Part shown: positions 1 to 11,024 of the stretch, in pieces
Layout: each line of letters starts with the position of its first letter
Numbering within the stretch: the first letter of the stretch is position 1
DNA from: Hydrolagus affinis
Taxonomy: Eukaryota
Direction: 5' to 3'
Assembly (NCBI GenBank): GCA_012026655.1
Contig: JAAILG010000107.1
Location: 1 to 64,000, forward strand
Length of the DNA: 64,000 nucleotides
Translations under genes and position numbers: made by a program
Notes under the pieces: model-generated
What the model saw: only the letters and a program-made list of their open reading frames with translations
Told to the model about the DNA's origin: nothing
Databases searched by the model: none

Positions 1-655
1 ATCCACGACTGTTTGTGGGACACTGCTGTGCGCAATTGGCTGCCGCGATTCGCCCACAAATATATACAGTCAATTCACTTTACAGTATATTCTGTGAAGC
101 GCTTTGGGACATTGATAAAATGTGGAAAGTGCTATATCAAATGCAAGGATTATTATTATTATTATCTCCTCAGTTGCCTTTGAAATAGTCTTTGCTTCAC
201 GCACTCCTTGTTCTTCGCAAAGTGTAGTGACTGCGTATTTTGTAGGTTACAATAATAATAATCCCTGCGGTTGATATAATGCCTTATCACATTGTTGAGA
301 TGGCTCAAAGGGATTCACAGATTATACAATAAGTAGTCTGTCTATGAGTATTTTGTGGGAGAAATGTGGCAGCCAATTGCACACAGCTGTTGTGTGCTCG
401 GTTCAAGAAGTGTCCCAAAAACTGTTGCGGATTCAAGGGTGACCACATTTTTTTGGCACGTGGAGTAAACAAACTTGTAAACAAAGTTTTGCCCCTGCCC
501 GGGAATCAAATTCAAGTCCTTTCGCTTGCGAGGTGAATACATTCACCCACAAATATATAGTCAATTCATTTTACAGTATATTCTGTGAAGCACTTTGAGA
601 TGTTGATAAGATGTCAAAAGCGCTATATCAAATGCAAGGATTATTATATTATTAC
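1..655. mobile_element. Cluster of three tRNA-SINE pieces (1-165 +, 251-540 -, 541-655 +)
   Basis: Shared body GACTGTTTGTGGGACACTGCTGTGCGCAATTGGCTGCC...CAGTCAATTCACTTTACAG...ATCAAATGCAAGGATTATTATT. Confidence 0.88.
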
Positions 656-1258
656 AGTATTATTTTTATTCTGACCAATACGCCACAGCAGTCCACGGGG
701 TAAATTTTTGCAGCCTTTCCGAACCAAGTAATACACGACTTATCATCTAAGAAGTTAAGAAATGCGTGAGGAAAGGCAGTAAAAAGAAAACTGTGCGTGC
801 CAAGAGAATGGCAGAACGTTTGGTGGACTTAAAACGCTCTATGTTTGGCCTTTTTATTGCCCTTGTGCATTGCACTCTGCACCTGCAGAAGGCATGGAGT
901 ACCCCATGTGACGGCTCCCTGCACATTGCATTACCCCTTATCACCACCATCCTGTATATCCGAAAGATTACTAAATCCCTAACAAACGCAGCAGACCCAA
1001 GTAAAAATTCCCTCCATTGCATCAGAGTATCATGTTACCCTGGAATCCAGCTAAGAAATCTATATGCCATTAGCACAGAGCTCTACGCTGTTTCTTCCAA
1101 AGGAAAGGACATTATAGAGCTCGCATGAATGTGTTCTTTATATGCGGTTTACGTTTATTGAGCTTTATGAATCGACTACATTCTATAAATTATTGAAAAG
1201 TTTTTTTTTATTGGTTTGGTTCTCTGATCCTAAGAGTGTGAGGCCTTACCAAGGTAAC

Positions 1259-1581
1259 ATTAATAATAATAATAATCCTTGCATTTGAGATAGCACTTTT
1301 CACGTCTTTTAGACGTCTCAAAATGCTTCACAGATTAGGCTGTAAAGTGAATTGACTGTACAGTACCCTGTATATATTTTGGGGTGAAACACTGTACACT
1401 GCAGTGTTTCACAAACAGTTGGGGATTGAAATGACCAATTTATTATTGTTGTTTTTTTCTGAGGGATTATTATCAGGCGTGTAAAGTAAGGAAACTCGCC
1501 CATGGCTTCGCCCTCCCAGGAATTGAACCAAGGTCTCTCGCCTGTAAAGCGAGTGCTCTAACGACTGGGCTATAGGACTCC
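1259..1581 (-). mobile_element. Full-length tRNA-derived SINE (main family); a partial copy follows at about 1619-1770
   Basis: Reverse complement starts GGAGTCCTATAGCCCAGTCGTTAGAGCACTCGC (tRNA-like head) and ends in an (ATT)n tail. Confidence 0.9.
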
Positions 1582-1930
1582 ACATTGCTCTACTAACTAA
1601 CTCAGTCCATTGTATTGAATAATAATAATTTTTATATTTGATAGAACACCTGATCATGTCATTGAGACGTCTCAAAGCGCTTCAGGAAACGTACTGTAAA
1701 GTGAATTGACTGCATATTTTGTGGCAGCAGATCGCGCACAGCAGTTTCCCACAAAGAGTCACTGTCAAATAAATGGTCACATTGATGGAGCTATTGATGT
1801 GCGGGGCATAGTTTTGTCAATGTTAATTCAGGAAGTCAAGAAATTGGCAGCCCAGGACGATTCCTCCAACCGAGAGTCTAAAATCTAAAGAATGTGGAAT
1901 TGACTCATCTCAATGGGTAACGCAGAGGAT

Positions 1931-2322
1931 CCAATTCAACATTCTGGTCCTCACATTTAAAGCCTTCCATGGCCTCACCTCACCCTACATCTGTGATCTC
2001 CTAAACCCCTACCAACCTTTCCGGCCTGCTGCACATCCCCCGACCCAGCCGCCCACCATTGGTGGGCGAGCCTTCAGCTTCTCTGCCCCTCACCTCTGGA
2101 ATTCCATCCCGCAGTGCCTCCCCCCGCCTCACCCCCTCCCTGGCCTCCTTCAAATCCCTCCTCTTCGACGGTCCAATCGGTCACCCCAAATCACCCTATT
2201 TCCCTCTATCCTCCCCATCCCTGACCCCAGCTTGGATCTGAAACAATGACTGTTCAGCACCTTGGGAAGTCCGCCTGGTGATAGGCACTATACAAGTTTA
2301 ATTTTGTTGTTGTTGTTGTTGT
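1931..2322 (+). mobile_element. L2-clade LINE 3' end
   Basis: Encodes FNILVLTFKAFHGLTSPYICDLL, typical of the L2 ORF2 C-terminus; GCCTTCAGC...CTCTGGAATTCC motif; (GTT)n tail. Confidence 0.8.
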
Positions 2323-3269
2323 AACAGTGCTGTAGAACCTTGTGGCTTTAGATGAGACAACTTGGAAAAAGATTGCAAAGTTGAAGTGCTCTGTTCTGAT
2401 CAAACCCAACCGAGATTTCTCCGAACTTAAAGGGAAGGGTCATTTTTCAAGATGAATTGTCTGTTTAAAATGAGATCTTGTTCGAAAGGAAAGCGAGTCG
2501 CCATCTCCAGGGACCCTGGGGGCAGAGAAGTGCTCAAAATCTATTCCACGTTGGCATTGAAGGAAGGCCGGATTTCGCGAAGGTATTGATACTGAAACGA
2601 AAGACGCTGTCTCTTTATGTGGTGTCCATGCCACTGACCACAAATCACAAGCCAAAGACACTTTCATGCCGTGCAATGTCAAAGGGAGGTGCAGACATCC
2701 TTATCCTGATGGGGAACATGTCATTGCAGCAGATCTGTAAGCAATGAGGCTAGTTCCGAGTTCATTTTTGTACTGGAGTGATTCCTTTTACAGGGGAACT
2801 CAATTACAGAATCATAAAATCTACAGCACAGAACATAGCAGCCAATTGCGCAAAGCAGAACACCCCCCAACCACCCACCCCCACCACCAACCCCCCACAA
2901 CGTGCCTCCTCTACCCACCCCACCATCCCCCCCAAAAAACTATGTTGTTTTTGGCTAGTTAGCGTATGCAGGATTGAAGCCAAGACTTTAAATCAAACCC
3001 TGGGTGATACCCCAGCATTGGGCAGGCCTGTGTTATTTCATCCTAATCAGGTGTAACAGCAGCCAAACTGAGGCTCTACTCAATAGCTTGGAATGTTGCT
3101 CAGATTCCAGAGGGCCTGGACAGTCAAATGGTTTTCATTAGCATTTTTTGCTGGTTGTTCTCTCTACGCAGGGGTGGAGGGGAGTGGTGGGGAGATGAGG
3201 AAAGCATACGTCTTTGAGCGTTTGGGGTCAGCACTTTTATTCCTTCCCCCCCACCCACCCCCAACAAGA

Positions 3270-3570
3270 AATTAGAGTTACACAGCGCCTTTCACAGCGG
3301 GGAAATGTCCCAAAGTGCTGGACAGTCAAGAATGTGCACCCGAGCTAAGGGTTGGGGTCAAGAGGGGTGGAGGGCAGGGAGGGTGTGGGTAAGAGGGTGC
3401 CGAAAGGCCCAGTCGTAGGGGAGGGCTTTAAGGAGGCAAGGGGGTGGGGGTCGGCGGAGGCGAGGCGAGTTCCAGAGGGTGGTGGCAGAAAGACTGAAGG
3501 CCCAACCGATGATGGTGGGGCGGGCAGGGCGGGGGCGTGGAGCAGACTGGAGTCGACTGAGTGGTGAGAG
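3270..3570 (-). mobile_element. L2 LINE 3' fragment
   Basis: Reverse complement resembles the 1931-2322 and 8160-8500 elements. Confidence 0.6.
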
Positions 3571-4057
3571 AATTCATTTGGCAGGTCTCGAACGCTTCGC
3601 TCGGTGAAATCCATTGTTGTTACTTAGTGAAAAGTGCTACATGATGTACAGAAAGTGACGCTGCGGCATTTTACCTGCAAGTTATTCTATGCCATCAATG
3701 TCTCCTTCAGGGAAGAAGGAGTCAAACTCCTAAGCAACATAGGAGACAAACCGTCCGTTGCCCTTGGAAGGATTTCTGTTCAAACCGCGGATTAGGAAGA
3801 CAAAATGAAGTTGTGTTGTTGTTTTTTTGAGCAGGCAGTGAGTTAGTAAATGTCAAGTGGCGCACTGCACACAGTATCTTCAGACACATAAAGCCAGGCC
3901 TGAAAGGTTCCGTTACATTCCCTCTCGGGTTGATTTAATGAGACATTTTGGCATTTGCAGTCTGGCATCGCTGCAATAAGTGCTGGAGAATCTGAAGTAT
4001 GAAGTATCTCCAGTGAAATTTAACCCTGTAAAAGGGGTTTGTTTGCAATTTGAGCTG

Positions 4058-4360
4058 GTGTCAGCCTGGCTCAGTCGGCAGTGCTCTCGCCTTCAAATCA
4101 GAAGTTTGTGGGGTCAAGCCTCCGCGTCGCAAGTTTGAATTTGTTTCTCCCACAAAATATACAGTCAATTCACTTTACGGCATATACTGTGAAGCACTTT
4201 GAGACGTCTCGAAGACATGATAAAGCTCTATATCGAATGCCAAGGATTATTCTATTTATAATTATTATTTATTGATTATTTATCATTATTATTTATTGAT
4301 TATTTATAATTCACAGTCTGGGCTGACACTGCTGGGGGGCGCATTGTATCACAGGTGTTA
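4058..4360 (+). mobile_element. DeuSINE-type tRNA head interrupted by a main-family SINE tail (about 4148-4300)
   Basis: GTCAGCCTGGCTCAGTCGGCAGTGCTCTCGCCTTCAAATCAGAAG matches the head at 10086; the element resumes at GGCTGACACTGCTGGGGGGCGCATTGTATCACAGGTG. Confidence 0.6.
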
Positions 4361-4816
4361 TGGTTAATGTGGAAGGTGATCCGCCAATCAACTAACAACC
4401 GGGCCCTAACTTCCTGCGAGTTTTTCGTTACCCGGAGAGTAATTAACAAGTAGAACAGGGTTGGCAGGAAAGGTGGTTGAGGCTAGGATACAGGGACTCA
4501 TTGCTGTGATGGGGTCCTATTAGGTTGGGTGTTCTGTCCCAGAGAGATGTGATCAGATGGTCCGAAAGGACTTTTCAGACCATCTGATCTAATCTTAAGG
4601 GGCCAGTTGGGGTTTCCAGGAAAGAGCTGCTGTTCTTTAAGTGCTGATAGTTTTCATGTCGCCAAGTTGACACAGTGCTTCACGTCACAGGAACAATGGC
4701 AAAGTGCTTTATAAATGAGATTGATGAGAAATCAAGTGAATATTGTCCTGTATGCTAACAAGGCAGCTGATGCACACCAGCTGCGACCCACAAACAATTA
4801 TTTTTTGTATTAATAA

Positions 4817-5378
4817 TAGGGTCCGTCAATATGGAAATTTTCCGATTTAGATATATCGATGGGCTCATATCGAGATATACCGAAATATCGATATTTTCGG
4901 GTTTTTCGTACTGCGCATGCGCGGCGCGCGCATTCCGGGTGCGCGCGCATTCCGGGTGCACGCGCGTTCGGGGCCTATCTCCTCAGGAGGTAAATATCTT
5001 TCTCTTTCTGTGTCTCTCACTCTCTCCATCTCTGTGTTTTTCTGTCTGTATCTCTGTGTCTCTCTCACATCCCCCCCATCTCTATCTATCTGTATATTAT
5101 CACATCCACCCCGTCTCTCCCCCAACCCCCCCCCTCGCCATCTCTCTCCCCCCCACACACCTCCAGCCGTCTTTCTCCTCCCACCACCTCCCCGCCATCC
5201 CTCTCCCCTCCCACCACCCCCAGCCGTCTCTCTCTCCCTCCCTCCCGCGCATTCCGATTTTTTACCTCGATATATCGATTTTTCGATATATCGATATTTT
5301 TGAAATGCCCATATCGGCGTATCGATATGAAAATTATATCGGGTCTTAGGCGATATATCGATATATCCCCGGACCCTA
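4817..5378. mobile_element. Non-autonomous hAT-type DNA transposon (MITE), copy 1
   Basis: TIR TAGGGTCCG...CGGACCCTA; exact 8-bp TSD ATTAATAA (4809-4816 and 5379-5386); many subterminal CGATAT/ATCGAT motifs. Confidence 0.9.
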
Positions 5379-5884
5379 ATTAATAATAATATCTGTCCAG
5401 ATGCATGTTAAAGATCTAGTAATAATAATAATCCTTCTATTTGATACTTCAGATGTCTCAATCATATCATTGTAAACAACAACAAAATTAAGCTTGTATA
5501 GTGCCTTTCACGTCAGAAGGATGTACTGTGTACTGTAAAGTGTGGTGCAGTGTATATATTCTGGGCAAAGTGCAACAGCCAATTGCACACACCATTCTAA
5601 TGACACTATTCGAAAAGAGAAGGGAGTTTCTCCTGATACCCTAGTCAATAATATACCCCTACCCTCCCCATATCGAATCGATCACTCACTTCATGACTGT
5701 TTGTGGGATATCGCTGTACGCACATATCGGTTGAATTGTTCTCCCGCAAACCACAGTCACGGCACTTCATAGTACAAGCTGCGAATCACTTTGAGACGTC
5801 TTGACGATGTGATAATGTGAAAGGCAAATAATTATTTATTGACCAACCCAGTGAAACTCCCTCTGTGTTTCCTTTGATGACCTT

Positions 5885-6130
5885 CTAGGCAGGGCGAAAC
5901 CTTGGGCACGTTTCCTTACTCCATACGCCTGATAATAATCTCTAAAAAAAACCCAATAATAATTGTGTCACTCAATCCACAAGTGTTTGTGGGACACTGC
6001 TGTGCACAGTTGGCTGCCACGTTTCGCTCACAAATATACAGCCAATTCAGTTTACAGCATATTCTGTGAAGTGCTTTGAGATGTCTAGAAGATGTGAAAA
6101 GCGCTATATCCAATGGCAAGATTATTATTG
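5885..6130 (+). mobile_element. 5'-truncated tRNA SINE (main family)
   Basis: GGCAGGGCGAAACCTTGGGC...GCAAGATTATTATT. Confidence 0.88.
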
Positions 6131-6924
6131 TGGATTTCAAGCACTAATGAAAGATGCCGGCCTCGGTCTCGGCTATTGTCTAGTGTTTCTGTCTGTCGAG
6201 CGGTCATTTCTTGGAAGCTTGTAATGACCGCTTTTGATTTACTGGGTGTCATGTTTGTCACTTCGGATCCGAGCTGTGCCGAGAACTCGTCCCCTGTGCC
6301 TGAGACGGGAAGCGAGCGTGTGTGTGTGTATGTTGGGCTGACAGCAACCTGGGTAAGAAGTGTTATTTTTAACACTTGCCCAGTAAACCAAACTGGGAAT
6401 CAGTCAGTCAGGAGCAGGGGGAATCGTCAGAGGAGCCAGTGATCATCTGTACAACTCCTCCGAGGTTTCACTGCATGCAAGTTTAATGACGAGGGCTATA
6501 TGCTGAGATGACACAGCTCTAGGGCTGTTCATCATCTTCCACTTGAAACCGTCCTCGCTCGTCTGGACTTATAGATTTTTTTTTCATGGGATGTATTCCT
6601 AGCGGCTTTGGAGAAGGGTCTGAGACATACACCATCAATCAGTCCTTATGATTGTCTTAAGCAACGATTGTGTGAAATTTCACCTCGGGCTATAGAGGAG
6701 ACTTGACAGATCGCTAGGTGCTGACCTCACACGCGAGATGGTTTATCACGGGCAGAAGATGAGAGGTGGTGACAGAGTCAGAGTGCGTTGGTGGAGGTTA
6801 GGATTTCAGTCAAAATCAATCCCATTTCAAAGCCCTCCATTTTTCAGCAGCCGAAACCCTGGTCCACCCGAACTCCCTCCTCGCCTGTCTCCCCCACTAC
6901 TCTAGTGGGGAGGCAGGTGAAAGA

Positions 6925-7005
6925 TGTCTCAGCAGGTCAGGCAGCATCTATAGAGAAAGAAAACGCAAGTCAACATTTCAGGTCTATGACCTTTTGGCAG
7001 AACTG
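6925..7005 (-). mobile_element. Penelope-like repeat remnant with a degenerate hammerhead motif
   Basis: CTCAGCAGGTCAGGCAGCATCTATAGAGAAAG...GTCAACATTTCAGGTCTATGACC resembles a repeat I recall as common in sharks and rays; the minus strand has hammerhead topology. Confidence 0.55.
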
Positions 7006-7433
7006 TGTCATAGACTGAAAGCCTAATTGTCGGGTGTGGGGTGGGAGGGTTTGGATTGCGGTTGCTACCACTGCACCAGGCTGACGTACAGGTTTTATCC
7101 CAATCTGTGGTTGACTCGCCCAATTCTTCAGAAGCTACTGCTCCAAATGGTAACTGTTTGACAAGCGGAGAGGATGATAGGTGAAGGTGTCAAGGGTCCA
7201 ACCACCTATTTGACCTCATCGTTCCAGGATCCCCATTCTAGTAACCTCCACTTAACAGTGTCAAGCTCTTCCTTTGATGAAGAGACCTGGCTCCAAGCAC
7301 CAGTTCCCATTGAGCCAAATGCCAACGGACTTTCTACCTCCATGACAGCTCGGATCACGGCAAGACCCTCATTGATACACAGGATATCTGACAACTCATC
7401 CACTTGGGCCAGTAACAAAACCCTTTCCTGTCC

Positions 7434-7670
7434 CTTAGGCAAGTTTCCTTACTCCACACGCATGCCTCTGCTTACCTATCCGTAAGTAGGAACACATTTG
7501 TTAGTCGATTGGCAGATTGGTTTTCCAGGGGGTAATAATCCCTTTTTTTAAAAAAAATTTTAGTCCATGACTGTTTGTGGGACATGTTAATTTGACAATT
7601 GTTTGGAACAGAGCAACCAAGTAGAGAGCATTCTGCAGACATCCAGAAACACCATCGTCGTTTCCACATG
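7434..7670 (+). mobile_element. Older long-form SINE copy (5'-truncated)
   Basis: GGCAAGTTTCCTTACTCCACACG, then an extra ~70-bp block, then GTAATAATCCC and GACTGTTTGTGGGAC. Confidence 0.7.
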
Positions 7671-8159
7671 TAAGTACAGAATCAAACAGCTGCCTCACTC
7701 CGAATATTTAATAGCATTTTCCCACCATCCCTCCCTCCCTCCCTCCCTCCAGTCAATCACACAAACCCAATTGTGTCAGGGTCATGAACACAAACACTGA
7801 GGCCCTATGTAATCTGAGTCTCTGTTAGAAATGATTGGAGATGAACAAGCTAATTGTTTCCTTTCCTTTGCTAATAAACTTGCTTCGATATTATGTTTCC
7901 GGACGTATTAATTCGACTTATTTCAGTAATCATAGCAGAACAGTTTAAGCAATGAAACTTGCTTGCAATGGTGATCAAAGCCTGCATTACGCGGGGATAG
8001 GGTGAGAGGGAGGGCGAGAGGGAGAGCGAGGGAAAGGGGAGAGGGAGAAGGTAATGCTGGCACCAGTAGAAATGTGGCAAGCCCAGATTGTGATTTTTAG
8101 TAAAAACGTTAACATAATAATTCTCACTCTTGGCAAAGTGCTTGTCACTTTGGGAAGAC

Positions 8160-8500
8160 GTCTTGTATCTTCCTATCCACTCTCTCCGTTCAGGGGGCTC
8201 TGTCCTGCTCCATGTCCCCCACCCTGACTGTCTCCGCCATTGGTGGTAGGTGCCTTCAGTCTCTCTGGCCCCATGTTTTGGAACTCCATCCTACAGTCCC
8301 TTCAACTCATCCGCTTGCTTGCCTCCTTTAAGGCCCGTCTCAAGGCTTTCCTCCTCAACCTCGCCTTCTGTTACCCTCCTACCCTTATCCTCTCTGCCCT
8401 CCTGATCCAAACCCCTAGCTGAGGTGCAAACGCTTGACTGTCCAGCACCTTGTTCTCCTGATGTAAAAGACGCCATACAAATGTAATTTGTTATTATTGT
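8160..8500 (+). mobile_element. L2 LINE 3' end
   Basis: CCATTGGTGGTAGGTGCCTTCAGTCTCTCTGGCCCCATGTTTTGGAACTCCATCC, similar to 2056-2110; tail ACAAATGTAATTTGTTATTATTG. Confidence 0.75.
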
Positions 8501-9290
8501 CTTAAAGTTTAAGGGACATCGGTGCCAGCAAACCACCCAGTCACTACCCGTTCCTCCGCTCCCCCACCCCATCTTCGAGATGCTGTGATATGATACTAGC
8601 ACAGGGTGAGACGCCGTCCGGCGTGGAAGGCGCAATATAAATCGAAGTTGTTGTTGGTGGTGGTCACGTCTCAGAGCGCTTTTCAGGGAGAGAGGGGGGG
8701 GGAAAAGTTGGCTGGATGTGTTTGAATAGGTTAAAAAAGGGCGAGACACACGAACAAAGGGTGACAGTCCCAGAACGTACAGGGGGTTGAATTCAAACAG
8801 CTGAGCCACCAACTGCCAGACGCTGTGTCAAATGTAAGGATCATTATTATTATTAATTATTATTATTATTGCAAAACAAGTTGTAGCTCGGAACTGAGCC
8901 TTGTCCGGGGGGGCGCCTGGTGTGATGCTGCCCAGTGCAGGACACACACGTTCCACATTAGCAGTGATTCACTTACAATAACATCATTGTGGAACCGCAA
9001 AAGTTATCCTCTCGAAGGCTCCCTGCTCTCCTATTTGGAGCAAAACTGGTACTCGCTGTCCGTGACACTGAGCAGAAGATCTGCTCCATTAATCCAGGCT
9101 CCTCGCACATAGATCGCAGCTGGTGGCGGGGATAGGGGTGGGGTGTGGGGGGGCCGGGTGGGTGGGGGGCAGTTGGAGGGGAGGGGAGGATTAGAAAAAA
9201 TGTAATCCTTCTTAACTTGGATGAGATGAAATTTAAACAGAGGGCTGTTCTGTGCCAACTTCATCAGATGCTAAATAATTCATGTCACCA

Positions 9291-9611
9291 ATAATAATTA
9301 TAATAATAATAATCCTTGCATTTAATATAGCACCTCACCACGACATTGAGATGTCTCAAAGCGCTTCATAGAATATATTGTGGAGTGAATTGACTGTGTA
9401 TTTTGTGGGCGAAAAGCGGAAACCAAATGCACACAGCAGCGTCCCACAAATAGACATGGATTGAAAGTGACCAATTTTGTTTTTGTACCACAGTGGGCTA
9501 TTGTCAGGTGTGTGGAGGAAGAAAACTTGCCCAAGGTTTCGCCCTGCTGGGAATCGAACTCAGGTCTCTTGCATGCGATGTGGGTGCTCTACCTACTGAG
9601 CTACAGGACTC
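9291..9611 (-). mobile_element. Full-length tRNA SINE (main family)
   Basis: Reverse complement GAGTCCTGTAGCTCAGTAGGTAGAGCAC...GAGTTCGATTCC (A and B boxes) through to an (ATT)n tail. Confidence 0.9.
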
Positions 9612-10084
9612 TCAAATGACTCTTTGACCTCCCAGCAGTGATTATCTCGTGGTATTTTACAGGAGGGTGAGATTAAGCTTTTGATGTAAATTAAGAAAAA
9701 GCAATTTATTTGATTACCAGATTTTTATCTCGTAAACTGACTAAAAAAACCAGGCTCAGGTATCGTCAGACAATTTCAAGGCCAAATAAAGATGTCAGGG
9801 CCACTGTTGTTTCACCAACTTCCCTCTGTTGTCTTCAGTTTCCATGACAACTAATTCATATTGTAGGAAAGCTATGGTCTCCCCCAGGGAGTCTCGCCCT
9901 CTATGGATTACCACAACGGAAAAAGATTTAGCGTTAAACCTCCAAATTATCGTACCAGAAGGTCATGCGCTGGGCTGCGCTGTGCTGCTTTCTTCCAGTG
10001 CCTTTAGTTAGGTCTCTGTGGGGCCCGCGGCCGTTGCCACATCAGCTCTCAGGCCACTGATAACTTTCGCCTTTAAATGGGTGT

Positions 10085-10340
10085 GTGTCAGCCTGGCACA
10101 GTACAGTAGCACTCTTGCCTCCGAGTCAGAAGGTTCATGCCCCACTTCGGGACTCAAAATTATGTATCTCCAATAAAAAACGCTGGGGGTGTATTGCATT
10201 ATCAGAGGTGCCGTCCTTCGGATGATGAGACATTAAACCAAGGTCCCATCTGCCTGTACCAATATATCCATGGTAGAAAAGGGAAGGGTCGTTTGTCACT
10301 CCCACCGTCCTGACCAACAAGCCCCCAACTAAAATTGTAA
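10085..10340 (+). mobile_element. DeuSINE (SacSINE1/AmnSINE-like central Deu domain)
   Basis: tRNA-like head GTAGCACTCTTGCCTCCGAGTCAGAAGG plus TCAGAGGTGCCGTCCTTCGGATGATGAGACATTAAACCAAGGTCCC, which matches the Deu domain as I recall it. A second fragment lies at 10981-11017. Confidence 0.72.
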
Positions 10341-11024
10341 TAGATTACCAGCATTGTGACTTTTTAAAACATGTTCTTTTTATTTTATTCTGTGTTTGTT
10401 TGTGATACTGTATTCCATCTTTATCCCCTGTCTTGATTTTGTGGTGTCTGCTGTCACCCAGTGGTTACTACAAACCGGTGTACATTGTGTAACGGAGAAC
10501 TGTCAAGAACGTTCAGTACAATCCTTCAATTTGATATAGCGTCTTATCATATTGGTGAGACATCTCAAAGCGCTTCACAGAATATAATATAATAACTACT
10601 GTACTGCACATTATCAAAGCAATGAGGATCCCATAATTAATTTAAAAATTAATGCATGAATGCTTTAATCAAAAAATGGGTTGGATTATGCCAATGTATA
10701 AAGCATTGGATTACAGCTATTTGGTGCTTTTCAATCAGTCCCACTCCCTCATTCTTTCCCAACATTTTTATTAATTAAAATTGCCCAATTGCTGCCACAA
10801 TTGACCACTTGCACATATGAATTCAAACTGAATCTGTAAGCAAATCTTTTGATTTAGGATCTCAACAAGGTCTGGACTGCCCTCTACTGGGAATGTGTAG
10901 AACCAAAGCTATCTTCCACACTTCAACATCATTACCTCCTGAAACACTAATCACGCTCCAACACAGAGGGGAAAGCTGAATTGTCAGAGGTGCCGACCTT
11001 TGGATGAGCGGTCAAACAAAATAC

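Noticed and set aside
766-1128. 120-aa ORF
   Set aside because: Non-ATG start, no recognisable domain and no supporting exon structure
4831-5349. 172-aa ORF and overlapping ORFs (also 40055-40723)
   Set aside because: They lie inside the hAT MITE, are low complexity and show no transposase motifs
6199-6232. Terminator-like hairpin AGCGGTCATT...AATGACCGCT followed by a T run
   Set aside because: A 10-bp stem is expected by chance in 64 kb, and intrinsic terminators are not relevant in this vertebrate context
7174-7485. 103-aa ORF and the antisense 78-aa ORF
   Set aside because: No recognisable homology, and the + ORF ends inside a SINE. It may be an old transposon fragment; BLASTX would settle it.
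9120-9190. G-quadruplex-capable G-rich tract (also C-rich 2860-2935 and purine-rich 32200-32330)
   Set aside because: Low-complexity tracts of this kind recur across the window, often inside repeats, and nothing indicates function
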